From NCBI GenBank assembly GCA_017654855.1, contig CM030333.1:1860001-1924000 (forward strand): DNA of 64,000 bases, written 5' to 3'. The DNA is from Podospora anserina. Lineage: Eukaryota. The position numbers were made by a program, and so were the translations under genes. Below, piece after piece: positions 1 to 11,491 of the stretch; positions within the stretch are counted from its first letter, which is position 1; each line of letters begins with the position of its first letter. Below the pieces are notes generated by a model that saw only the letters and a list, made by a program, of their open reading frames with translations, ran no database searches and had not been told where the DNA came from.

Positions 1-259
1 AGACTGACCCACCATCTTCTTCCCATTGATTGAGGGAGGAGGATGGATGTGTGTGTGAATACGAACCAATGGGGGGGTATACCCAAGACTTCTTGACCCC
101 GAAAGCTGGCGGCTGGATCTGCCATTGTTGAGAGCGAGCATGAAAGTGGATGGTGCCTGGTGTAGTGTGCGGGTGAAGGGACCCTGTCAAGCTGGGAGAA
201 CCAAGAGGCAAGACCGCCTCCCGTCTCCAAATCACCCTCCCTCAAGCCAGAGTGAGTGG

Positions 260-265
260 TATAAA
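260..265 (+). promoter_or_regulatory. Probable TATA box of the CFEM gene
   Basis: TATAAA about 190 nt upstream of ATG 450, followed by a C/T-rich leader. Confidence 0.5.
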
Positions 266-449
266 TCCAGACTCTTCCTCCGCCTGTCACTTTACCTTAG
301 CCTCTCCCCCCTTCTTCACCGACCATCGTGTTCCACTGTACTTCACTCGCTCTCAAGTACATACAACAAACACCGTCGACACTCGTTCGTCAAGAAACTA
401 CCAAACCCAACACCAACTAATACTTAATATCCACCCCCCAACCTTCAAA

Positions 450-1065
450 ATGAAGTACACCGCTGCCCTCCTCGCCCTCGCGGCCGCCGTCTCCGCCCAG
501 GACATCTCCATCTTCCCCGAGTGCTCCCTCGACTGCATCATCAGCGGCATCGGCTCCGGCACCTCCTGCGAGCTGACCGACTTCGCCTGCGTCTGCGAGA
601 ACACCCAGTCCCTCATCACCTCGGCCACCCCTTGCGTTCTCGAAGCCTGCGGTGCCGATGTTGCTCTCAGTACGCCCCCTTCCCCTATTCCCATCCCTCC
701 CCCCTTACTAACCTTCTCTCCCAGACGAGGTCCTCCCCGCAGTCGACGAGTTCTGCGCCGGCGTTGGCGGTGGCGACGATGACGCCCCTGCCGAGGACGA
801 CGAGCCCAGCGTCACTGCCACCCCCGCCCCTGAGCCCACCGACGCTCCCGCCGAGGATGATGACGACGAGGACGACGAGGACGTCGAGCCAACCCCTACC
901 GGCTCCTTCGTTTCCAACATCACCCCTGCCCCCACCAGCAACACCACCATCCCCCCTCCCGTTGAGGAGACCACCACCCCTCCTCCCGTCACTGCTGGCG
1001 CCGCCGCTGTTGGATACATTGGCTCTTTGGGCATGCTCGCTCTCGGTGCCATTGCTGCTCTCTAA
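450..1065 (+). CDS. CFEM-domain, GPI-anchored cell-surface protein (2 exons, intron 670-724)
   Basis: Signal peptide MKYTAALLALAAAVSAQ. CFEM cysteine pattern PECSLDC...CELTDFACVC...PCVLEAC...EFC, completed across a GTACGC...CTAAC...CAG intron. Acidic/Pro/Thr-rich stalk and hydrophobic C-terminal GPI-like signal (AGAAAVGYIGSLGMLALGAIAAL). Confidence 0.92.
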
Positions 1066-1441
1066 ATGACGTTTCTCATAACCTGGAGTGGTTAGCGACC
1101 GTACAAGCACGGGGGGGGATACAAAATGTACCAATATCATCTTGTCTCGAGAGAGAAAGGCTGTACTGTACATATCTAGTTGGCTAGATAATGAAGTACA
1201 ATGGAACATGCAACCGCAGCACATTACCACCTGAGGGTGAAAGAAGTATATATGCCTCATCTCTCTACATAAACGACTGGAAAACTAAAGATGATCAAAA
1301 ACCGCCAAACAATAAAAAGTGACTAGTGATATAAACGGGCCTTGTGATAAAATAGACACCATACAAATGCAATTCATCCCCCGACTGACTGTTGTTGCCC
1401 CATGCTGTGCCTACTCACCTCAAACATATATACCCCTTCTT

Positions 1442-4400
1442 TCAAGTATACCTCACCTCATCAAACAACCCAGCCCTCACCTGCACCACGCTCGCCATCT
1501 CAAACAAAAAGCTCTGCAGCAGCACCACATTCGTCAGCACATGTGATACCGACACCGTCTTCTCCTCCACGACGGTCCCCGCATCCGTCTCCCCGTCCTC
1601 AGACGGTGCCAACAATGCATCCTCCCCGCCTCCTTCACCTTCACCTTCAGCGTCATCAGATGCATCCTCCCCGCCCTCCGCAGAGTCGGCCGAGACAATA
1701 GCTGGTTTCCTATCATAGCTCAATGTAATTGGCTCCACTGGCGGCTTGACCTCCGGGATTCCAATCCTCCTCGCCAAGATACTCTGATCAATCGCCTGGA
1801 AAGCCTTGGCTTGCGAGTTGAGGATATCGCCCCGGTTATTCCACGATATAGGCGCCGGGGCACTTGCTACGCTGGTGGGCGAGAAGGACCGGTTGGGGAT
1901 AGGTGTCCGGAGAAGCGTGGCATCGTTCATCGGTACAACCCGTTCTGAAGCCACCCGTCTGGTCTCCTTCCTGCCACGGGGACTGCCTGAGCGACTGGGT
2001 GTACCGAGCTCAGACAATATGCGCTGGGCAAACACCTCGAGGCCAGAAGGTCGCTCCCTAGATGGGTTGCGAGCCTCGTCAAACATGCCCTTTTCAATGG
2101 ACGGTGTGCCCGCGACTGTCGGTGCTTGGGAAGACGGGGTTCTAGCCCGGGACGGGGTAGGAATAGGAGGAGCGTGATCAGCAATCTGGAAAGCCTCTCG
2201 GCGTTGCTGAAGCAGGTCATCAAATCGTGGAACTTGCTCCCGGTATGCCTCAACCTGGTCGCAAAGAAGCTGGAGAACCTTGAGCAAGCGGGGAAGGCTT
2301 GACTGGTTCCACTTGGGACGCCGCCGGCACTCCTTCAGCTGCTGCATTTGGACGTATTCGGCGTATTCCTGGGACTCGGGATCCAGGGACGGGTCAGGAA
2401 GAGGCAGCTCCTCGTCTTCCTCGTCATCCTCGTCGAAATGGTAGCTTTGTGGGCTTCTCAAGAACCACCCTTCTAGATGCATGTAGCCGCACACAGCAAG
2501 GTCGATAACGGCTTCCGTCAGGCATAGGTTGGTTTCTACCGGGTTGGTGAAAAACGTTTCGAGCCGGTCAAGCATTATGTTTAGTAGAGGGTCTTCTGGG
2601 CGAAGGGTATGTGATCGGACGCTCCGAGGTGCACTGGGAAGACTGTCTGGCACGGCGGGTAATTGGTGGTTATTTGATGAAGTCTTGGGCGTGATCAACG
2701 GCGTTGAGCAGGGGTGGTTTTCTACACGTCCCAATGTGTCCCTGAGTAGGTTCTCGTAGAGCTCGTTAAAAGCGTCATCGCCGCCAATGGTACCAGCCAG
2801 TGCCATCAGATAGTCAATTTCTTGCGCCTGGGCTCCGGCTGTTCGGTGGTGAGACTCATCGAGCACACCTTCTGTGTCGAGGAGTGTGGTGACTGCGTAT
2901 CGGTGATGTCTCTTAAGAATCGTCGATACAAGTTGGAGAGTCACATGAACAGTTTGATGATTCTGAGAACGGAGACAGGCGCGTATAAGGTCAACAAGGT
3001 TGAAGAGCAAGGGGTCAGCTGCCTCCTCGCTTTTGGAGGCCATCATGGTAGCCAGGTCCAGTGATTTACGTTTCCGAGCAGCGCTGACAATGTCGCCAGA
3101 ATCAGCAGGGGCGGGCGATACAACGTCGGGTAAAGCAAGAAGGTAGTGAAGAATGAGGTTGATCATGTCGGGATGATCGACAGATTCCAAAATGCGGCGA
3201 AGATAAGTCAAGACGGCCACCGACGAGCCACCGTCCACATCAGAAGACTCAAGCAGCGAAGGGTATCTGCGATATATCAGCAAAGTTCATACGACTGACC
3301 ATTGGGCCGAAGAGAACTTACAAAAGTTGCTGCAGAAAGATGACTTGGAAGTGCTCCAACAAGGTCGATTTGACTTCGACAGACTTACAATGATTCAGAA
3401 CATCCTGCCAGAAGAGCAGATGGGAGAGAAATGTGTCCACATGAGATAAAAACTCGGGTGAGCAGGAGCTCACAATCTCGTAGTTTGATTTCGGATGTTC
3501 GTAGTCAGATAATGCAAGACAAGGGGGCACTTCGTTGCTTGGGTGGTCAATCACGAGCTTGCGGCTCAGTTGACTATACAGAGCGCCCAATCCCGTGGCC
3601 ATGAGCGTTGACAAATCGCTCTCGACAATCCACTGTTCGAGCAGAACCGAGCTTGATGCCGCTTCGATGATATAAAGCAGGCCGGTCCTGGCAAAGTCAC
3701 CCACCTTGCCCTCATGATGGATGTAGTCCATCAACAGATAAAAGAGGGGGAAGTCCTGTTTTTGGGTCTTCCCCGTGAACTTATCATGGCCGTCAACATG
3801 TTTGGCATCATGTGGACCGTGGTGGTGGGACTTGAACCAGGCGGGCAGTATCTCGGGATTCAGACGGATCTTAGTCGTGATGTTGAAAGCCAGTTCAACG
3901 ATACGGGCCTCAATCTCGGCACTGAGGCGTATGCTGTTTGCGCCAGTTATGCGCACCAGCAGGTTCGTCAAGCTGCCGGAGAAGTTGTCGTTCTCCACAA
4001 AGGCTTCCTCCTCGCTTTCGATCAGCGTCGCGAAGAAGAGCACTGCCTCCTTGATGATCCATTCGTTGTAGGAGCTGGTGGCGATTTTGGCCACCGGGAT
4101 ATAAACTTGCTTTGCAGCAGCAAAGGAAATACATGGATGTGGGAGGGGACGTCTGGACTCGTCACTGAGGAGACTTGTCAATTCTTGAAGTCTGATCTCG
4201 ATTTGTTCGGCGGCTTCATCATCGTGGGCGAGGTTGGAGGAGTGACGCCATGTGTGCTAATTATAGGACATGATCAGAAACGATGCCCCGATCTATTCAT
4301 AGCAGACCTTGGGGAGTCTCACCAATAGCTGACTGTATTCCTTCTCGAAACGGTGTAGGCGACGGGCAGGATCCTTTGCGAAGTCCTTCCGGGAGCTTGC

Positions 4401-4503
4401 CGACGACAGCGGCGTGTGTGCTAGGAGGCGCGACCACTGTAGATGGGGAGTTAGGGGGAGACCTGGTTCCGGTCCTGGGGCGGTCACGGCTTACAAAATC
4501 CAT
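1442..4503 (-). CDS. FHIP/FAM160 (retinoic acid-induced 16-like) protein, FTS-Hook-FHIP complex subunit (4 exons)
   Basis: The spliced N-terminus MDF|WSRLL uses a 9-nt first exon (intron 4494-4437). Motifs DFPLFYLLMDYIHHEGKVGDFARTGLLYI, TGLGALYSQL, FLQQLL|YPSLLE and C-terminal HVLTNVVLLQSFLFEMASVVQVRA are typical of RAI16-like proteins. Joins ORFs 3318-4181 and 1442-3283. Confidence 0.88.
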
Positions 4504-5835
4504 GGTCTGTTTGGCTGCATCTCGAGCACAACTCGAAGCAGCGCAGACGGCGTTATCTCGTTGAACGACTGATGTCCAGTTGCATGAAGAGGTGCTGTTC
4601 CAGATGTCTTGTCGCGAAATTGATTAGATTAGCCGTTTGGCCTCGCCTGACGTCCACCGGCCGGCAGCTGCAGCGCTGAGTGAGCACGGGCGGCTTTTTC
4701 AGGGGTGCCATGCCCTGCGTGCCCGCCTGCAGCCCAGCCTGTAATTACAATGCCAAGCATATCGAGATATCCACCAGTTCTCACAATCACAAGCATCACT
4801 TTTAGTTTTTGCGCTTCACCGTCTTTCGTCCCGTCGGTGTAGTTCATCGTGACTCACCTCGAAAGACCCCCTCGATGGAAGCTTGTGTTTGAAGTTAGGG
4901 TCTAGCCGCTTCAACCGCTTCAGGTACCGGTGCCTCTACCTATCAAGACTCCCCACGTTGTTGCTCCCCTTGCTGGGCAGGGTCCAACCCCTTTGCAGCT
5001 CTCAACTCCAACGAAAAATTCACCGTTGCAACTGACGCAGCAGACAGAATTGCCGAATGGCATCATGTTCTTGCTGCAGGGCTTGCTAGATAGCAGCATT
5101 GAAGCCTGATGCGCTGTTGGGTACTGCGACAACTGGCCTTGAAGATGGATCTATACTATCCCAGTGCGGGGAAGCACAAGTCGAGGCTGGTCTCTCTCGC
5201 AACCTCACTGCGGCCGAGTCGGCGACAGTTCGCGGGATCGTGGGTCGGATGATGGTCTTCTGCGGCCGCTATTCGCGGCGACCTGCAGAGAGACACTGCA
5301 CATGCAATATCCAGACCGTTTCTCGCTGCATTGGATTTCACCCCACAAATCGAACACTCTTCATGACTCCCACACATTCGACCACGGCGGCTATCAGCAA
5401 ATCACCGACCCCTCATAGAGGACCTTTGCCCTTTTTTTGTGTGGTTAGACACCAGTGGGACACCTCGGGGTAGGGTTCTGGTTTGGCAGACCCGTCATCG
5501 ATCATCATGATTGGAGGCTGAGCAGTTACACAGCAAGCGAATAGGAGAACACCACCAACCTCTTGACCGGGATATGGCAAGGCACTCCCGCTGCTGTCAC
5601 TCGGTACCTTTGTTCGCCTCGAGTTAAGCCCGTGACTATCATCTACCGAGACCTGCTCCCAAGGCCCACCGAGTGCCTAGGGCCGGGTTTCGGTTTTCTT
5701 CTTAAGCTGGGCCAAGTCGGCCTGTGGCAAGTATTTTTTATTTTTGCTCCTTTTGGTCTTTGCATTGCGTCAAACTTCAACCTATACTGTATCACCCATC
5801 TCACCCCTCGTCTCTCATGGGACCTTATCGTCACC

Positions 5836-7765
5836 ATGGGCTTCTTTACGCGCTCCAAGAAAGCGAAGAAGGACACCCCAAAGCCCCCATCTAAACATCA
5901 GTCCAGTCGAGCCTCTGGTCAACGCCAATTACCTCCCCCTCCTCCATCAGCAACACCGGCCTCACCACACTTGCAACATGGCCGGCCATACATTCCATCA
6001 TCTCCTCAATTCCAGCCCGCTGGCTTGCTCCCTCCACCTTCTGGCTGGGAACCTTATCAGCTACCATACCCATCCCCTCCCATCATTGTGAATCAACATC
6101 ACTATTATCTTGGTCCGCCACCGCCATTACCACCTCGCGACGACCATTCATCCCGATCTCAACCAAGTGGTAGTAATCACAAGCTCAACCTCGACTCGGC
6201 TGTCGATTTGGCAAAGAACCTCTGCCAAGAGGCTGGGATCACCAGGATGTTTGACAGTGCTCTTTCACAATCTCCATTATCTAGCTACGGGGCTGAGCTG
6301 GTTGACCAGAGCAATGCCCTCTTGAACCAAGTTTCCAACCAGTTCAATGATGTCTTGACCATGATTGATCGAGACCATTACTCGAGCCACGAAAAGGAGA
6401 TTCTCGCTTGGCAGCCACAGCAACCACCTCAATCGCAGGAGCTTGTACGGGTTTCAGACTCCTCGCTGAGCGAGAAGAGCATGCACAAACCACCCAAAAG
6501 AAGTCACAAAAGGGATCACCCCAAGGGACAGACAACAGCGGCAGCAACAGTTGTCTCGGGAAGCATTTTCTCCAAGGTGGAACTGTATGCGAACTCGAGG
6601 CTGCCTATGAACCTGCAGCCTCTCAAGTTGTATGTCTCCTTTTTCGCTTTGGCCGTCAGATCCGCTATTAACACCACCGCAGATACATTCCCACCTACCC
6701 CTTACTATGCTTGGCAGCACAATACTCTGAACGTGTCTACGACAAGCCTGAGGGCGCCGAGAGCGATGCCCACGTCGATGCGGATTGGCGAGCTGGTACA
6801 AAAGCCATGGTCATCAAGTCAATGCCGATGGATTACATGAACACAATTGTCTTTTCCATTCGTGGTACGGCAACGTTTATGGATTGGACGGTCAATCTTA
6901 AGACCGATCCAGCGTCTCCATCTGGCTTTTTGGTACGCATCTGACTCGTCCTTTTGAGCAGTCTCGTAATTCTAACCTTTATCAGGATGACCCTCACAAC
7001 CTTTGCCACTCCGGCTTCCTTTCGGTCGCTCGCAAGATGGTGATTCCTGTCGCCCGCCGCCTCCGGCAGCTGCTTGAGGAGGACCCAAACCGTGCTTCTT
7101 ACTCGCTCTTGATCACGGGTCACAGCGCAGGAGGAGCTGTCGCTTCCCTCCTCTACATGCACATGTTGTCCACTTCCAAGGCGGCAGAGAGCGAGTTGAA
7201 CATCGTCGCCGGGTTCTTCAAGCGCATTCACTGCATCACCTTTGGGACACCGCCGATCAGCCTTCGACCGCTCACCAAGCCCGAGGACTACGAGCGTCGC
7301 CCTCAGCTCAGAAAGAGCTTGTTTCTCAGCTTTGTCAACGAAGGTGACCCGGTGGCGAGAGCAGACACGGCCTATGTCAAGAGTTTATTGGAGCTTTTCG
7401 TTGCCCCTGCGCCGCCTGCCATCATCAGCTCGCGAGATGCTGCGAATAAGAAGGTCCGCACGAAAGAGAAGGCTCCCAGCAAGAGCTCGAAATCCTCTTC
7501 TGGTCCGATCTGGAAGGTGCCGCCCAACAGACTGAGCAGTGCCGGCCGAATTGTGGTGTTGAGGTCGGGGGATCCAAAAGCCAGGTCAAAGGGAAAGAAA
7601 AAGACGGTAGAGGAGCGCCTGAACGAGGGTGTGGTTGCTCAAATCACGTCTGATGAGCAACTACGGGGTGTAATCTGGGGTGATCCTGTCGCTCACGTCA
7701 TGAGACTGTATGCTGGCAGGATCGAGACGCTTGCTGTCGGTGCTGTCACCGGGCGAGGATACTGA
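5836..7765 (+). CDS. Class 3 lipase-domain protein with Pro-rich N-terminus (3 exons; introns about 6630-6682 and 6933-6985)
   Basis: IVFSIRGT, CHSGF, catalytic GHSAGG, ITFGTPP and FVNEGDPV motifs. Canonical splice signals join the three ORF pieces. Confidence 0.88.
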
Positions 7766-8296
7766 TGATGAAAATATTCTGGATGGAGTTTTGGATTTGA
7801 TTTCTCTGGGGATGATACCAAGGACGGGCGTTCCATTGGCTTTTTATTGCATGAGACATGAGACATGACAAGTACATACCAGAAAAAGGCACAAAACATC
7901 CCGATAACAGTTTGGGAAATGTTACGAGTATCTTTTTGTACTACAGACATCACTACACACTACTTGAAATATATCCCATACCATGTTACAACGTATTCTC
8001 GCTGTCACACACTCTGTACAATGATGGTCAGGGATATGTATGCCAACAATAAACCGGAGCCCCTGACAGTCATTGTGTGGGGGTGGGGCGGCACCGATGA
8101 CGGCGCCGAGCGATGCGTGGCCCGATATGGAAACTCCGATAAGAATTTCTACCCCTCCGAGCCCCACCGTTAACACCGGCTCCGAGCCTCCGTTAGACTG
8201 GAATCATTTTATTTGTTGCCCGTAGAGGTACTCGCGATCTGGAGGAGAATCATCAAGGAAGGAGTAGCGACAGCCCTCATCTTATAGACAGTCAAG

Positions 8297-9893
8297 ATGG
8301 ATCTAGACCCAAAGATTCGTATGTTGATGCCAAATGGTTTCCTCAAACGACAACCCCCAAAGCTAATCACAGGTTACAGCGCAATACTCAACCGGCGACC
8401 CCAACTCCTTTGGTTGGCAAACCGGAAGAAGAAGATGGCCCATCATCATCGTCAGTAACCACCCCCTTTCTCTTCCAAAACATCCCCTCTGACTCCTCCC
8501 CGCCAGACCCAAGCCATAGACGACGCCTACCGCGCAGTAGCCCACTGCCCCGACCCCGAAAAGCAAACCGAAGGTAAGCGCATCGTCGAAGCGCTCACCA
8601 AACTTAAATACGAAGTCCAGCACGACCGCGCCCTCACCCCCCTCCCCGACGATGGCTATCCCGATATAGCCACCTACAACGCCGAGCTCGAACAGCTCAA
8701 CTCCCCAACCTGGCTGAAATCCCCCTGGCTCTACACCGAATGCTACCTCTTCCGGCGCATTGCCACCTCCTTCGCCCTGTCCAGCCACTGGAAAAACTAC
8801 GATGTATTCGCCCGCCAAAAAACCTCCACCTTCCGCTCCTCCCGCCCCGCCGTCCTCGAGCTCGCCGCCAGATACAAGGACTTGATGTCCCAGCTCCAAA
8901 ACCACCCCGACCAGCCCCGCGAGGCGCAGGAGTTGCTCTTCGCCGAAATGGCCGAGATCTGCCTCTGGGGCAACGCCACTGACCTATCTCTGCTCACGTC
9001 CCTCACGTACGAAGACATCCAAGCCCTCCAAGGGAGCGAAGCCCGCAAGAAGGCAGAGGCCAACATCCTGGTCAACGACCTCCCGTCTTGCTTCGCCCAC
9101 CTTCTCGAAGCGAAACAATCCGGCAAAAAAGAACGTCGGGTCGACATCGTCCTCGACAATGCTGGCTTTGAGCTGTTTGTTGATCTCGTCTTGGCTGGGT
9201 ACCTCCTCTCTGCTGGATTGGCCACACATGTCGTCTTGCATCCAAAGTCAATCCCCTGGTTTGTCTCCGATGTTTTGCCGTCCGACTTTGCCGCTTTGTT
9301 AAACGCGCTGGCGGCGCCGAGGTGGTTTTACGAGACGCCCTCTGGGGAGGAGGAGCTACAGGGGAAGACGCCAGAGAAGTTATCTGACAAGGAGGTGGAG
9401 GAGTTGGGGTTCTTGTTCCAGGAGTGGAGCAGGTTCCATGCTGAGGGGCAGTTGGTCTTGAGGCCAAACAGAGTGTGGACCGGACCGGGTAGCTTCTGGA
9501 GACTGCCCAAGGAGGCGCCAGAGTTGGTGGAGGACTTGAAGGGGAGCGAGGTGGTGATTTTTAAGGGGGATTTGAACTATAGGAAGCTGGTTGGAGATGT
9601 GAGTTTCTCTTCATGTTTACTGTTTTCTTCTTTTGCGACCGATGCTAACAGAGACTGTGTAGGCTGCCTGGGATCCTACTACCCCTTTCACAGAAGCCAT
9701 CGGTCCTCTTGGTCCTGGCTCTGGGCTCAACATCCTCGCTCTGAGAACGTGCAAGGCCGATGTCGTTGTTGGTCTTCCTCCCGGAAAAGACGAGGAGCTC
9801 AAGGCGCTCGAGGATGGCGGTGGTGACTCTGGAGCGCGCAAGTGGGCTTGGAACGGAAAGTGGGCTGTTGTCTCCTTCTCCAAGGGGTCATGA
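8297..9893 (+). CDS. ARMT1/DUF89 damage-control sugar-phosphate phosphatase (4 exons)
   Basis: Motifs RWPIII, PWLYTECYLFRRI, LWGNATDLS, VLDNAGFELFVDL, HPKSIPWFVSD, FKGDLNYRKL and RTCKADVVVGL. The exons are joined by GT-AG introns. Confidence 0.92.
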
Positions 9894-10663
9894 GCGGAGG
9901 ATTTGTCACGGATCTGTCTGTTGATACAGGAAGCAAGGCACCGGTAGCATACTAGAAAGTCAAATTTTGGCAATAGATGAACTAGCTGGTTAACCAGATC
10001 GGTGTCCATACTGCGCTATGTATTTGGGGTGGGTGGTATGCTAATTAAGTAGCCGCTATACTTGACAATTTTATAGTATTCAGACGCTGGGACTGGAGCA
10101 ACAATAATGATGTCGGCTCATGCCCGTCGGTGTTCCGTCCAATCATGCTGTGCTACCGACTCATGTTAGCGGCGGTGACACCCGACTACACTCGTTCCCA
10201 GCAACTCTTACCTAGTTCTTCCGTCCAAATTGTATTTTCCCTGAATAACCCGACATATTTGCAAATGCAACCTGGCGCTGATGCTGATGGGTACCATACC
10301 CGCACTTCCCAATGTTACCAGAACTCTTTAGCAGCAAAAAGAAAATAAATAAATAAATGCCCCATGTAACCCCGTACATATTAGTGTTTTCGTCATGGAA
10401 GGAGTCCGTACCCAAGCTCCGCACCGGGCCTCTATCCCGTTTCCAGTTGGTCTTCGACTGTACGTGACTTCGGAGACTTGGCCCTACTCGATGCTCCTGT
10501 CTGCTTCTCGCCCTCCTTGTCAACAGCATCGTCCTCTTGTTCCTCACAAGAGTCAAACTCCATCTCGGGGTCGGAAACTGTCGCCTGAGAGTCCACATAT
10601 GTTTTCTCTTCTGACTCCGGTTCCATGTCTGCATCCTCTTCTGGTTCGTACCCTACAAGGCTT

Positions 10664-11491
10664 CTACCGTTGATGCCCCTCTGCGCCCTGATGACGCTGG
10701 CCCGGAGCTCGGCGTCTGTCGTTTCCTCTGGTTGTTTGTGTAGCCTCGGCGTCAACGTCCATCTCGTCCTCGCTGGAGCTGCCGTCTTTGTCCTCCCAAC
10801 CGTCCTCGCTGTCATACAAGTCCAGATCAAACTCAGTATCGGTCATCAAATCCTCGGGGTACTCCTCCGGCAGAGTCTGGCTCGAACCGACATCAACGTC
10901 TTTAAGCCCCTCGCCAGAGCCATTCTTCCTCCAACACCCAGCCCCTTGATCATAAACCGGAATTGCTACCTATTTGTTAGCCTCTCCCATCGATCAGCAA
11001 ACACCCCCACCCAAGTCAAACTTACTCCGCCCAAACCAAGTACACTTCGAACAAGGCAGATGCGCACAAGTCCTCCAATACATTGACACCGACCTTCTAC
11101 TGCCCCTCTTTTCTTCCTTGCCCCTTTCCTCCGTCCCCCTCGGACCCAAACTCGGACCCAAACTCGCACCCCTCCTCCTAACTGACTCAAACCTCTGCCT
11201 CAGCACAACCTGCCTACAAAAAGTATCCCAATTCGGGCCCTTCTTACAAGAACAACACTTCCAGTACCTCCCCAACCTCTCATAATCCCTACATTCCTCC
11301 TTCGGACACTTCCAGTCCACATTCTGTATCTTCCCGCGTTTCTTGTACACCTTTTCCCCCTCCTTTGACTTGCGGCAGAATTTGCCCAGAGGTTTTTTGG
11401 TGGTCGGGTCGCGGGGGGCGAGAGGACAGAAAACTTTCAGCTTTCCGTGGTGGCCGCATTTTTTGTGGCGGTAGTAGACTTTGTGGCACAT
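10664..11491 (-). CDS. Met-Cys Cys/His-rich protein, cluster member A (intron 11025-10966; acidic tail apparently continues in a shifted frame to 10432)
   Basis: MCHKVYYRHKKCGH...FC...CPKEEC...WKCCSCKKGPNWDTFC...CAHLPCSKC. A GTAAGT...GCTAAC...TAGGTAG intron follows the last Cys, then an Asp/Glu-rich exon 2. Confidence 0.75.

Noticed and set aside
398-1260. Several overlapping ORFs on both strands around the CFEM gene
   Set aside because: They are shadow frames of a GC3-biased real gene. The same applies to the long antisense ORFs over the FHIP, ARMT1, SEC72, M20, OYE and GH10 genes.
11139-11171. 12-bp tandem repeat (CTCGGACCCAAA) inside member A
   Set aside because: Simple in-frame slippage in a variable loop (SLGPSLGP) with no further structure.
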